Positions 37,320-49,271 of a stretch of 64,000 nucleotides of DNA are shown piece after piece. The DNA comes from Macrostomum lignano. Lineage: Eukaryota. The translations under genes were made by a program, and so were the position numbers. Within the stretch, counting starts at the first letter, position 1. The number at the start of each line of letters is the position of its first letter. The stretch is from the NCBI GenBank assembly GCA_002269645.1, contig NIVC01003718.1, positions 16,852-80,851 of the forward strand. The letters are read 5' to 3'. The notes under the pieces were generated by a model, which was not told the origin of the DNA, ran no database searches, and saw nothing but the letters and a program-made list of their open reading frames with translations.

Positions 37320-38986
37320 ATGGAAGACGATCAGCCATGCGAGGAGGAGCTGAAGCTCGTCGCCGAGATTAAAGAGATGAAGGCTCGAATTCGCACCGCT
37401 CGCAAGGAGGCCGCCGATGCCGATTACGTGACGGAGACTGAGAACTTGCCGCCGCTGGGTCGGCTTAAGTTCAAAGTGCGCAAAGAACTTCACGGCCATT
37501 TGGCTAAGCTGACCGACCTTCACTGGGGCAAGAACTCCGACACCTTGGTCACTGCTGGCCAGGATGGTAAACTGTTTGTCTGGGACGTTTACAAGTGCAT
37601 GAAGCAGAACGCTGTGTTCCTGAACACCGCCTGGGTCATGGCGGTCAGCTTCAGTCCGGACAACACCCGGGTAGCCAGCGGCGGCCTCGACAACATCCTG
37701 TCAATCCACAACCTGGAGGAGCCCGAAGGTGGCACGCCGATTGAGCTGTCTGGCCACGATGGCTACATCGCGTCTATTCGATTCACGGACGCCTCACACT
37801 GCGTCACGTCATCCGGTGACAAGTCCTGCGCGTTGTGGGACCTGCAGGTGACTATTCGCTAAATAACCAGTTCCAGTAGTACTTTAAAGAGCCATAAAAG
37901 CTGGGTATTACATATATATAGCATTGCATTAAAATACTTGAAAGTCGCCAATTTGCTAGCAAATTCTCATCACTTTGATGCCTCTTGTTCATTTGACTGG
38001 GAAACTTTCTTTTGACTACTGTATAATCTAACTATGATTAACTCGCCTGCATGGCAGGCTTCGAATCTGAACCCAATTGTTGGCTATGCGCTGAGCCAAA
38101 TTAGGCTGGCTTCCAAATTGATTTGATTTTCTACAGAGTAGAGAGATCTTCTGTATTTTTGATCGATAGAAACTTAATTTTGGACTGAAGTTGAGTTGAG
38201 AATTTAAAATCAGTAAGACTCTCTATCGAGAGGGGCTTTCATCCAAAATCTGACCTTATAGTTAGTGACTCGCCGTTTAGCTTGTGACTTATCTGCGTTT
38301 GAAAACTGATTGTCAGAGGCTACAAATTCTGGTTACATTGCCGCATAGATGGCGCCACTGTACATGAACGGCTACTGTAACTAACAGACAAATATTTGCT
38401 CCGCCGTTATCTGCAAAGCATCTGCTGCAGTATTTTTGCAAAGCACTTGGCCACTCATCCTCATTAACAGGCGGGAAAGATTGTTCACCAATTCCTTGGC
38501 CACGAGAACGACGTGAACGCGCTGGCTTTAGCCAGCCACTCGCAGCATTTTGCCAGCGCCTCGAGCGACAAGACAGCCAAACTGTGGGACCTACGGGAGC
38601 AGCACTGCCGCGCCACCTACTGGGGCCACGAGCTCGACGTCAATGGCGTTGATTATTTCCCCCAGTGCGACTACGCGTTCGCCACTTCGTCGGACGATGG
38701 CAGCTGCCGCATGTGGGACATTCGAGCCGATCAGATGCTAGCCAACCTTGGCGACGACTTCATCCAGTGCGGCAGCACGTGCGTCGCTGTCTCGCGCAGC
38801 GGTCGCCTAGTGATGGCTGGCTACGACGACTACAACTGTCACGTGTGGGACCTGCTGCTGGAGGAGCGAATCGGCATCATGCTCGGCCACGACAACCGCA
38901 TCTCCTGCATCGGCGTCAGTCCCAATGGGATCGCGGTTGCCACAGGCGCCTGGGACAACAACAGCTTTATCTGGACGGCCAAGTAG
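37320..38986 (+). CDS. Divergent heterotrimeric G-protein beta subunit (Gbeta1-4 class), 347 aa
   Basis: Exons 37320-37847 and 38471-38986 (phase 0). N-terminal coiled coil IRTARKEAADA, GHLAK, QDGKL, WVM, GGLDN, SSGDKSCALWD, AGYDDYNCHVWD, GHDNRISC and ATGAWD match Gbeta WD40 repeats. GHLAK rather than GHGNK argues against Gbeta5. Confidence 0.93.
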
Positions 38987-40247
38987 TTCTCTGACCATTG
39001 CGCGTTTGGCCTACTTCATTTTAATTTCCGTGTTTCACTTTCTTAATCATATTTTGGTGTGGGGCAGCCTACTACGAGCTATTTGTATTAAAGCAGTTCA
39101 CCCGACCCCGCTAAGCTTGTCAATCAAAAGCTCAGAAGCTCGGACCATAAGCTCGAATCGTTGTAACTCCGATCTCGGCGTATACTTTAAGCCGAAAACA
39201 GAAACCTGATGCATGCGGTTTAGGCGTACGAGTACTAATAAGTCACCAACCAGAATCCTTCAATTTCAAAAAAGTGTAATATGCTGGCTAAAAGCAGTCA
39301 TACACAACTCATCTCTTTCCATTTCACTGTGTCTTGTTGCTCATAAATCTTCTCAACCGATTGTTAAATCCATGTAATTTCCTAATGCAAATTATTGCAC
39401 GTTTTTTCTATAAGAATATTGAGGTTCTTGAATGTTTCGATGTTGTTTTGTTATTTTCGTACATGTACGCCAGTAAAAATGTTCTGTGTAGTCAAATGAC
39501 TCGCTAAACGACACTTTTATCGAAGTATAGCGTCCATCATTGCAGTTTTAGTCCCCCAAAAAACTATGAATTTTCCCTAACTGTTTACCATTCCGTCTCT
39601 AGAACAATTTTCAATACGAAACGTTTTTTTTTTCTCGTGGATCGAGTACCTTTATCTTCGGATTGGAGTGTATCGACCTTGAACTCGTAATAGCTATAGT
39701 ATTTATTTACTGTCATGAAGTTTTTTCTGACTTTGTTGCGTCTCGACATTCGATATTTTTATGCTCGTTCGCGGAAGTCAGTTGGCTAATATATTTGTTT
39801 TTTCTGCTTTAACGGCCTAACACTCCAGTGTGCATATTTCTACTGTAATATCGATGTTTGCTCGAGTTATCGCACAAGAATTATCGTTCTGCACAAGCAG
39901 TTTATGAACAGTCAGTTAGCTATAGTTGAATTCCGGGGTATGGGAGATGTGAAGTTTGATGATTTATAGGCATCCATGATAGTTCCATCGCGTACCATCG
40001 TCCCTATCGTACACACTGGACCAAGCCAAAGAGCGCTATAAGAGTAGCAAAACTGCAGTCGCCTTCGCTATTTACACAACCATTTTTTTAACTGCCGACT
40101 CCTGTGAAATTGATCGAACAGGGTAACACTTTTTAAGCCATTTGCACTGCTTTTTTAGAACTCATTATTTCAGCCATGATATCGTTAACAGATTAAATAT
40201 ACATGGGAATGAGAACAAGCTCATTGTTGTCGGAGACAAGCTTTCGA

Positions 40248-40460
<213 letters not shown>

Positions 40461-41087
40461 TGGCTAAAAAAGTAAGTATTTTTGTTCTCACATGCTAGCA
40501 ATGAACAATTTAACACTTTGCACACAAAAATGACCCAAAGAAAAATATTAACTATCTTTGAAAGCGCTCTACAAGACGGATCGCATCAACTATACCTAAA
40601 ACGAGCCCTTCCAGTCTTCAGTCTTCATCGCGCCCCCTGCTGCTGCCATCGCTCTCGAGTTTCTACCTTTTCCGCTACAGTAGGCAGCTGTCTATATTAT
40701 ACATTTCGTACCCAGTCAATCAACCGTAAGTGACATTCGCAAGCTGGGTATGCTGTGCGGAATTAATGCTTAAAAAACCCAATAACAGAAAAATGCTATG
40801 GAAACTTAGATAAGCATCACCTGGCCACATTCCTACTGCAACCTACTGCCGCGCCTATACACATGAATCCGCATATCCGACCAAAGAACATTGTTACAGG
40901 ATCAATCAGAACCTCTTATAGCAGAAATGTAAGCCTATTAATGGACAAGCAAATATTCGTTAAAAACCGATCTAACAGGAGGGACAGGTCATTAACTAAC
41001 CTTTTCGGATGGTCCTGCTTGTAACACCAATGTTATCCTTTCATTAGCAGAGCGCAGCCCGCGGTTCTGAAACTAACATTCGAACAG

Positions 41088-41095
41088 TATAAAAA
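41088..41095 (+). promoter_or_regulatory. Candidate TATA box of the bHLH gene
   Basis: TATAAAAA ~90 nt upstream of the ATG at 41179. Confidence 0.35.
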
Positions 41096-41178
41096 GGATT
41101 TATAAATTTTCTGCTCCCGGGGCAGATTTCCGATTTAATGTTGTTTGCTAAATCCTACAACTATATTGGCTGACAGCC

Positions 41179-41502
41179 ATGACAAAGAAGCGACCGCAGA
41201 ACGCGACTCGGGAGCGAGACCGACTTCGAACTCTGCAGCTGGCTTTCAAAGCGTTGCAGGCCGCACTTCCCAGCGTTCCGGGCGGTACGAAACTGTCTAA
41301 GCTGGACATCCTGCTGCTGGCCCGGACCTACATCTGCCACCTGTTGTACGTGCTCGGTCGCATCGGGCGGGAGCAGTACATGCGGAGCCAGCTATGCCAC
41401 AGTAGCAAGGTGAGAAATGAGAGCGAACTATATACCGTTTTGCGATCTAGCTTGCCTAAGGATAATGTTTATTAATAATCAATGCAGGAGTGGATGAGCT
41501 GA
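41179..41502 (+). CDS. TCF24: TCF23/TCF24-type bHLH transcription factor, ~81 aa
   Basis: [48 protein letters not shown] matches the TCF23/24 bHLH. Donor AAG|GTGAGA at 41410 and acceptor to GAGTGGATGAGCTGA (41488-41502; EWMS*, cf. KWPM after the conserved intron). Confidence 0.8.
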
Positions 41503-43379
41503 AGTAACAGTGAGCAATGAACACAGCATATGTACGCACAGAGCCCACATTAGCGACTGAAGTGAAGAGAGAGGTCAGATGGTTGTCATTCAGTCAAAGA
41601 TGTCAACCAGCTCTAGACACCTCTGGATGTACGCTTGAGTATAGTTCACCTACTAAATGCACTTCTGCTGGGTGATGTCATTCATCGAGCTAGGCCCCTA
41701 CCGAATAGTCCGATGAGATTCAAAATTCGAATCAAGGTCCACACTGGGCCATTCTTGCTCCTTCTATGTCATGTCTGTCTAAGTCTGTCTAAGTCTGTCT
41801 TTAGTGCTTGAGTGCTTGGTTTGCTATCTATGAGCAAACTAGGTCCCAGTTTTGGCAAAAATTGAATGCACTTTTCGGAGATTAGTCGTAGGTAGTAAAG
41901 AAGTGAAGAAGATAGTAGGAGCAGCCGACGGAAATAACGACATCAAACGTCGAAAACTTTACCTGTCTCTTTAGGTATAGTACTACCTGAGGCAGGTAGC
42001 CTATAGTACAACCTACCTGAACTTGCTTCTGTATACTTTCTCATGCTTTCCTGCCCTGCCCAGAGTTACGAGCGTAGTTCTTCGTCTCGTTAGATTTGAT
42101 TGCATGCATTTCACTTGTACACTGAAACAGTGAGATGCATTCGCTAATGCACAGTTATTGTACCCTATTTAGGTGTTAATGGATATGAATGAATGATGGC
42201 TATCCAAAAATGAAGTTTTTCGATTATAAAAACACTGGCATACATAAAAAATTCCCCAAACCTTTGCAACAGCAAACTAAAAAGGTTATACTCGGTTTTC
42301 TTAGAAAGGAACTGGAGGTTCGTAAGGAACTTATCTAAGGCAGGCTCTGTTCCAACGAGGTAAAACACTGGCCTCAAATATTCTCCTTAATCATCATCAT
42401 CATTGGGAAAACGTTCTAAGTCCACTGGAACCAAATCAGGTAAATAGCGCGGTTGAGCAAGAACTTCCCCATTCCAGGATTTCAGGAGTTCGTCTTCCTC
42501 TTTTCTGGCACAGTCCACAGGCGCGCTATTATCGCGAAAGGATTGTCCCTCTCTCCAGCAAACCCCTCATTTTATCTCCTACATTTTGGACAGGCCGTGT
42601 AGCATTTATCGAATAGGCGAATCCAATTGACACTCAAAACACGCGTATAGAAGTCTTGGACTCATTTTAGTCTTATTTGATGTCCTTATAGTGTCAGAGT
42701 GCTAATTAACCTGTATCCAAACTCAAATTTTAGAAGTGGCCCCTGAGAGAGCGTCTTTATCTCCTGGCTAGCAAGGGTACAGCTGACGAAGTTCCAGGAC
42801 AGAGTTCTCGGACGAGTTCCAGTCAAAATGACAGCTGATTAAAACAAATGATGATATTATATAAGCTATAATTAAAGTTGTCAAGAATTTTTTCTGAGTG
42901 AAAATTCTATTATTGTTATACACTTACAAATTATTCGTACATTTCTGTTGATAGTAGTATATGAGCTGCAAAATTCTTTGCGTGTGCTCCTAAAGTTGTG
43001 TTCTTATTCAGAAAACAAATGAATCGTTAAAATTAAACAACTGACCCAAATTTCATGCAGCAACATCAATTTGTTGTCAAAATTCGTATTTGCGACTTTA
43101 TTCTTTCTTTCTATTCCGAGTAGGTCATGCAGTAATTTGTCAGTTTTTGTTTCGACTAAATTAGTCCATGATCACCCTTTGTAGCACTACTATTCGAAAA
43201 AAACATACTTTTCAGCTGAGTAGTGCCATTTGAAGTTGCAGTAAAAGTGACTCCAGCATTGAAGAGTTCTTTACTGGCTCTGTGTGTTCTGATACGTTCT
43301 TATCCGGTTTTATGTCTATGGTAGAAATACAACCCATCATGATCTTGGAAAGACAATCTTAGGGATTTAACTTGTTCAT

Positions 43380-46379
43380 ACCTCACTCTGAACGACGGAT
43401 CCTCCGGGTGGCGCCGGGGACCGTGAGGTTCAACTGCATCGAGCCCCAGCCGTACCACAGGGCATGCTTCGGGTCGGGACGCTGAACTGCCGCACTCTCA
43501 AGGCTGCTTGGCGTAGAGGGGTGCTAGCGAAGCTGGCGTACGACCTGAGCTGCGACATCATCTCGCTGCAGGAGGTGTCTATCAAGGCCGACCCGGGACT
43601 TCATTGTGAGGACTTGGGCGCCGGGTGGACCCTCTACTATACTTCTGCGGACCAGCGAGGCCGTGGAGGAGTTGGAGCGCTGATCGGGCCGAGGCTGCAG
43701 CAGAGCTGTCGCTGCGTCTCCCTGTCCCCCCGGTTGCTTCGGATCGACGTCCGGCTACGCGGTCGGAATGCTCGCCTGTTCTGCGCGTACGCGCCCCCTG
43801 CCACACGCCCTGACGAGGCTCAAGAGTTTTTCGAGCAGCTCTCAGTGCAGGTAGAGGCGACGGCGCAGCGTGACACAGCGGTCGCCCTCGGAGACCTGAA
43901 CGCAGTCCTGCGTAGGTCCGAGAGGTCGCTGTTCGTGACGCCACGCGGGAACAACAACACCGAGGCACTGGAGGACTTCCTGGAGAGGCAGGACATGGTG
44001 TCGGCCAACACCCGCTTCCGCAAGCCACTGAGCGGTCTCGCAACCTTCGTGGGCTGCAAGCGGAGGCGACGGAACGCGCGTGGCAGGAACGCAACCCGGA
44101 GACAAGCACAGCTCGACCACGTGCTCGTGCGTTTCCGTGAGCGTCGTCGCGCCGTCAACTGCCGCACCATCACGCCGCTGGCTCTGCGGTCCGATCACCG
44201 GCTCCTCATCTGCGACCTCAACCTTCGCGATCCGCTCTACCGTCCGCCGAAGCGGCCACCGCGGCGCTACTACCGCGCGCTCAGAGCCACCGATACGCAG
44301 CGTCGCTTTGCTAGCGCCTTTAACACCGCGCTGGGCGACAAGCGTGGAAGTGCCGAGTATGCGGAAGTGTGCGCTGCAGTCAGAACCGCCGCGGAGCAAG
44401 CAGTCCCGATGATGCAGCCGGCTCAACGTGGGCAGCCGGTCTGGCAGGACGACCCCGCGATTCAGGCAGCGAGGGAAGATCTGGAGAAGCTCCGCTTGAG
44501 CAGGCGACCAACCCGCGAGGCAGAGGCAGCTCTGGCAGCTGTCTACCTGCAGCGCCAACAAGCGGCTGTCGATGACGCCATTCAGGCTGTCTCTGCCGCT
44601 GGGCCCGATGCCAGAGGGCGCGTGGCCTGGTCCGCCATCAACGCTCTGACGGGACGAAAGCGGCGCAATCCGCTGAACCTGGCTGGTGACACGCCGGACG
44701 AGCGTAGGAACGAGCTGCGCGAGTTCTTCGCCGCCATCGTCAACGCGCCGCCACCCCCGCTGCCAGACAGTCTGACGCTGCCGCCGGAGACGCCGCTGCC
44801 GGCAGAGGAGAGTTTCAGCGTAGCCCCAGTCAACGCAGCCGACGTTGTCAAGCTCGCCCAGCAGTCACCGGGCGGGAAAGCGCTGGGTCCGGACGAGGTG
44901 CCCATCGAGGCGCTGCGCATCCCCTGTGTGGCCGCTGAGGTCGCCAGAGTGATGAACCGCGTGCTCTTCGGTGAGGCGGCGCCCAACGAATGGACCACGG
45001 CGCACATCGTCGCTGTTCCAAAGAAGCCGGGCACCACTAGGCTTGAAGACCATCGAGGCATCTGCCTTCAGTCCTGTGCAGCGAAGCTGTTCAACCGGAT
45101 GCTGCTTTCGCGGTTGCAGCCCGTGCTGGATCCGTACCTGCGCCCAGAGCAGAACGGGTTCCGGCCCCATCGCGGCACAGTGGCGCAGATCCTGGCTCTT
45201 CGCCGAGTCATCGAGGAGGCGCGGATTCGTCAGTCGATACTGATTTTAATCTTTATTGATTTCAAGAAGGCATTCGACTCGGTTGTCAGAGCCGTGCTTC
45301 CAATGGTGCTCCGCGCGTACAACGTGCCTGAGCAGCTGATCTCCGCCGTCATGGCGATGTACCGTGATACGACAGCTGCTGTGACAACACCGGACGGCCT
45401 ATCGGACTCCTTTGAGACATCCTCCGGAGTGCTTCAGGGAGATACGCTGGCGCCGTTTCTGTTCGTCCTGGTGCTTGACTGGGTGCTGCGGACTGCTCTT
45501 CCTACCGACGACGACGGTTTTCTGCTGCAGCGACGCGTGGGTCGACGTCAACCGGAGAAGCGGCTCAGCGTGCTTGGCTACGCCGACGACCTCGCCCTGC
45601 TGTCCTCGACCGTCGAGGGCGCCCAACGGCAGCTGGACAGGCTGGTTGCCGTTGCGGCGAGTGTCGGCCTGGTGGTCAACACGCAGAAGACCGTTGTGCT
45701 CTGCGTGCCGGACGACATCGAGGCTGCAATATTTTGCCGAGGCGCTGACGGGCAGGCGACCGAACTCCCGCGATGTCAGCAGTTCGTCTACCTCGGCGGT
45801 CTGGTTCCAGACGCTCGCGAGGACCTGCGACGCCGCCGCGGGCTTGCCTGGGCTGCCTTTCGTTCTGTGAGGGCAGTCCTGCAGTCCGAGGCCCTACCGG
45901 ACCGCCAGAGGACGGCGCTGTTCCAGGCGGTAATCGAGACCGTCCTGCTGTACAACGCCGAGACCTGGACGCTGACGGACTCACTCGAACAGCAAGTCGA
46001 TGCGGCGCACGCTGGTCTGCTGCGCGCCGCCTTCAACATCGGCGTCGAGCGAGTCACCAACGCGGCACTCTATCGCCGCGCTGGCCTGCCACGTCCAAGT
46101 GATCTACTGCGCCGTCGGCGACTCCAGCTCGCAGGCCATCTCATCCGCGCCGAGTCGTACTGCCCACAGCCGGTGCAGGAGGTGCTGCTGCTCACGCTGC
46201 AGGCACCCTACCGGCGAGGTCAAGCGCGAACTCGGCGTTATGTCGACTGTCTGCTGGCTGACGCCGGCGCCCCGGACACTGCCGGTGGCGCGGCCTTTGT
46301 TCGCGCCCAAGCCATGAAGCGCGCCCTGTGACGCTGACTTTTACCATCATGACAGCGTATTTTGTTGTTGTTGTTGTTG
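43380..46379 (+). mobile_element. Full-length RTE-clade non-LTR retrotransposon
   Basis: GC-rich block in AT-rich flanks, single ORF, short UTRs, (GTT)n tail at ~46363-46379. 5' boundary approximate and target-site duplication not clearly identified. Confidence 0.88.
43464..46331 (+). CDS. APE endonuclease + reverse transcriptase, 955 aa, uninterrupted
   Basis: TLNCRT, LQEV, GDLNA, LDHVL, SDH (APE); QNGFR, FIDFKKAFDSV, GVLQGDTLAPFLF, YADD, YLG (RT); LYNAETWTLT and RLQLAGHLIR (RTE-type C-terminus). Confidence 0.95.
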   Translation: MLRVGTLNCRTLKAAWRRGVLAKLAYDLSCDIISLQEVSIKADPGLHCEDLGAGWTLYYTSADQRGRGGVGALIGPRLQQSCRCVSLSPRLLRIDVRLRGRNARLFCAYAPPATRPDEAQEFFEQLSVQVEATAQRDTAVALGDLNAVLRRSERSLFVTPRGNNNTEALEDFLERQDMVSANTRFRKPLSGLATFVGCKRRRRNARGRNATRRQAQLDHVLVRFRERRRAVNCRTITPLALRSDHRLLICDLNLRDPLYRPPKRPPRRYYRALRATDTQRRFASAFNTALGDKRGSAEYAEVCAAVRTAAEQAVPMMQPAQRGQPVWQDDPAIQAAREDLEKLRLSRRPTREAEAALAAVYLQRQQAAVDDAIQAVSAAGPDARGRVAWSAINALTGRKRRNPLNLAGDTPDERRNELREFFAAIVNAPPPPLPDSLTLPPETPLPAEESFSVAPVNAADVVKLAQQSPGGKALGPDEVPIEALRIPCVAAEVARVMNRVLFGEAAPNEWTTAHIVAVPKKPGTTRLEDHRGICLQSCAAKLFNRMLLSRLQPVLDPYLRPEQNGFRPHRGTVAQILALRRVIEEARIRQSILILIFIDFKKAFDSVVRAVLPMVLRAYNVPEQLISAVMAMYRDTTAAVTTPDGLSDSFETSSGVLQGDTLAPFLFVLVLDWVLRTALPTDDDGFLLQRRVGRRQPEKRLSVLGYADDLALLSSTVEGAQRQLDRLVAVAASVGLVVNTQKTVVLCVPDDIEAAIFCRGADGQATELPRCQQFVYLGGLVPDAREDLRRRRGLAWAAFRSVRAVLQSEALPDRQRTALFQAVIETVLLYNAETWTLTDSLEQQVDAAHAGLLRAAFNIGVERVTNAALYRRAGLPRPSDLLRRRRLQLAGHLIRAESYCPQPVQEVLLLTLQAPYRRGQARTRRYVDCLLADAGAPDTAGGAAFVRAQAMKRAL

Positions 46380-46534
46380 AATGACATATATGACACCTAA
46401 TCGTCTATGTAAAAATCCAAGTCTTCTTCTGAACTCTCTCTTCAAAAACTTATTTACGGCTGTCAGTTAGCGATATTAACTTCAATTAATTAAATTTTAT
46501 TCCATTGGATCTGCATAAATAAAAATAATCAAGC

Positions 46535-48216
46535 ATGACCGAAGGGACAAGCACTCAGCCAAAGACTGTGGTTGGTGTTGGCAATGACACGACAAGCTCC
46601 GATAGCAACGCCTCTCTCGGAAAGCAGCTCCACGTGACTGGATCAGAGTTTGTCAGCGCTCTGAAGGACGCGATGGTCGAGATCGATGCCAGCATGAAGC
46701 ACCGCGAGGAGATCCAATCGATCGCTAGCTTCCTAGTCGCATTTCACAGTACAGACTCGACAGCTTTCCTCAGCGAAGACCAGCTCAGCCAGTTGACCTT
46801 CACTTTTCGAATCGAATCAGTTGAGCAAACTCAAAGCTGTCTGCTAAAAATTTTTCGCTTTAGCTCGTCGAATGTTGCCCAGACTAAGCGTTATCGTTAC
46901 TATCATTTGGTGCCTACTGAGGCCTTTGTCTCGTACTTATGCAGTCGAACCTACTACCGGCAGATGAGTGCGTATTCTACTGAATCGACGCCATTCAAAT
47001 TTCCCATTCGGGAAAGCGGAACTACGAGTAAGAGCAAAGAATTCTGGTCTTCTATGAAGCATCAATTTGTCGCCGACGAGGAAGGTACGCTCGTACACGT
47101 AAATACTACTTCAAGTATGATTTTCGAAAGTCGAATTCGGAATTTTATTGTAAAACTTTGATTCAATTTTAGGTGGCTAATTGTGCAGTGGTATAACTTT
47201 TTAATGCCAGTTTAAGTCGACTAAGTACATAAGTAGCGAGTGAAGAAATAAATAAGGCCTAGAACACTGCAGTGGTTCACTTCGGAAGTATCCATAAGGT
47301 TTTTTTGATGTTGGGTTAATCAGTGAAGAGATTATTGCTGCTTGATTATAGATATTTGCGGTGCGTCTGGAATTAACTACGATTGTAACAAATATACGAT
47401 ATTGCATATGTATAGCGTCTATTAGAGTCAAATTAAATAAGTATTAATATAGCTAATGCTTAATACTAATAATTGAGCTATGATTATGAAGAATACGTTG
47501 TCTATGCTCAGAAATATTTCGCTGAGGAAGTTCGAAGTTCGAAAAAAAGAAAAAAATATTTTTACGTACAATGGAATACTGACTTCATAGAAAGCAGAGA
47601 TGTACAGAAAGGTCTGGAAATGCATGCTAGAAAGGACGTTAAAATTTAGCATAACAATTGGCGCTGCTGAATATAGAAAGGCGCTACACATGTAGATAAT
47701 TCGATCTTTTGGACACTTAGGGTCTTTTGAATCTTTTGAAAACATTTCTTTAGTGAGTGACGTATCATAACATGTTTTAATCCGCGTTAAAATTTCTCTT
47801 CTACTTGTAGAAGATCAGCAGGACAAGGTGTGGACAAAACAGGAACTGATCTTGTCCAACTTTCTACATTTCCTAGTGAACATGTTCGCCCGCACCATTC
47901 CCGGGAATCTGCTCTATGGCATCGAAAATGCCTCGTGCAAAGGCGATTTCTTTTTCTGCATCAAATTCCTGCAAGAGACACTGCTAGCCAACCCCATGGA
48001 TTTGAGGAGAATCTACGAACGCATCTGGGACCAGTTCCAGCGGCTGAGTCGCGACCCTGGAAATCTTGCCAGAGTGAACGAGCCGGGTTCATCGACAAGG
48101 ACACATTTTTGAAGGTTTGCAGCGACTGCATCCTGTGGACTAAAATCGAGGACAAATCCAAAGCTGCTGGTCGAGACAGCCATGTCCCCTATCTCAAGTT
48201 ACTGTACTTTTCTTGA
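46535..48216 (+). CDS. Hypothetical protein, 2 exons, with a probable 1-nt frameshift near 48085
   Basis: Exons 46535-47084 (GAAG|GTAC) and from 47811 (gtag|AA GAT) join in phase. As written it stops at 48112. Adding one G in GAGCCGGGTTC extends it through GFIDKDTFLKVCSDCILW to the stop at 48216. No family recognised. Confidence 0.6.
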
Positions 48217-49192
48217 CTGTACTCTTTTTGATAGATAGTCTTAACTTCGTTATTCAACAATTTTATTCGTCGGAGGACATGGTTCAAACTAAAGCTTCTT
48301 TTCACTTCTTGTTCGCCCTAGTTCACTTATTAATCTGCTAATCTTCAGAGCTAGCGACTTGCAACTAGCTGAGACTATATTCTGCAGAACGTTTGGATCT
48401 ATCATTGTCAGTACGGCTTCTTGTACTCGGACTACGTGTTACAATTCCATCGACCCAATGCAGAGAAAATCGTCTAAATACGTTTAATAGCTACGTCACA
48501 ATTAGTGACACATTTATCACTCAATTTGATACGTTTGGGTATAGGAGGTTTGAAGCTTAGCAACTGTAAGTGGTCGATAGCTAGTTAGTAAGAAATTCGA
48601 TAGCCAGATACCTGGATTGAATGGGACAACTGTTAGTCTGGTACATGTAGATTTGACCAATTCAAAAATGCTAATTTACAGTTGCTCCCAAAGGAGAGTC
48701 AAACAGACTTTTTCCTTTTGGTTCCAATGTCGTGTAGAATTTTGCAGAGCAAAGTGATGATACGAAGCAGGCATCCTCTGTAAGCTCTCTTGCGGGCTTT
48801 CTTCCTTGACAAACAATTCGGATCCTAGTGAATGCTAAAACACAACACATTTCAATGGAAATTTCCGCTACAACGCAGCCATCACTGCAATCAAAATTGA
48901 TGCAAGGAAATCTACTTGAGTTCAGGCACGAGTCACTAAAATCAACCTTTCAGTGAATTGAATCACAGTCTAAATCTTCTCAACTGTGACCAGAAGGATT
49001 CTTTAATTATGAAGCTTTCTTAGAAATTGGAAACCGAAAAACTTAAGTTAATAGCCCGCCGGCATAAACTGTAGTCAGCCTGCACTTTCCCAATTCAGGC
49101 AAATTGTGGTCACGTGTTCTGGAATAACTTCCTCTCAATGAGCATAGAACTGAAAGCAATCTGACATCTGAGAGCAGCTGTCTATCAACACC

Positions 49193-49271
49193 TGGCCTTG
49201 GGCAGGGACTTTTCTATGTAGCATCTTCTCTCTATCTATGATGCTATTAGAGAAGTCCCTGCCTTGGGGCA
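49193..49271 (+). ncRNA. Candidate pre-miRNA hairpin
   Basis: 49201-49225 pairs with 49240-49263 (24 bp including 2 G-U, one bulged U, 14-nt loop), with an imperfect lower stem. Confidence 0.45.

Noticed and set aside
43333-46351. CCATCATGA on both sides of the RTE as a target-site duplication
   Set aside because: The downstream copy lies inside the element, before the (GTT)n tail; likely coincidence.
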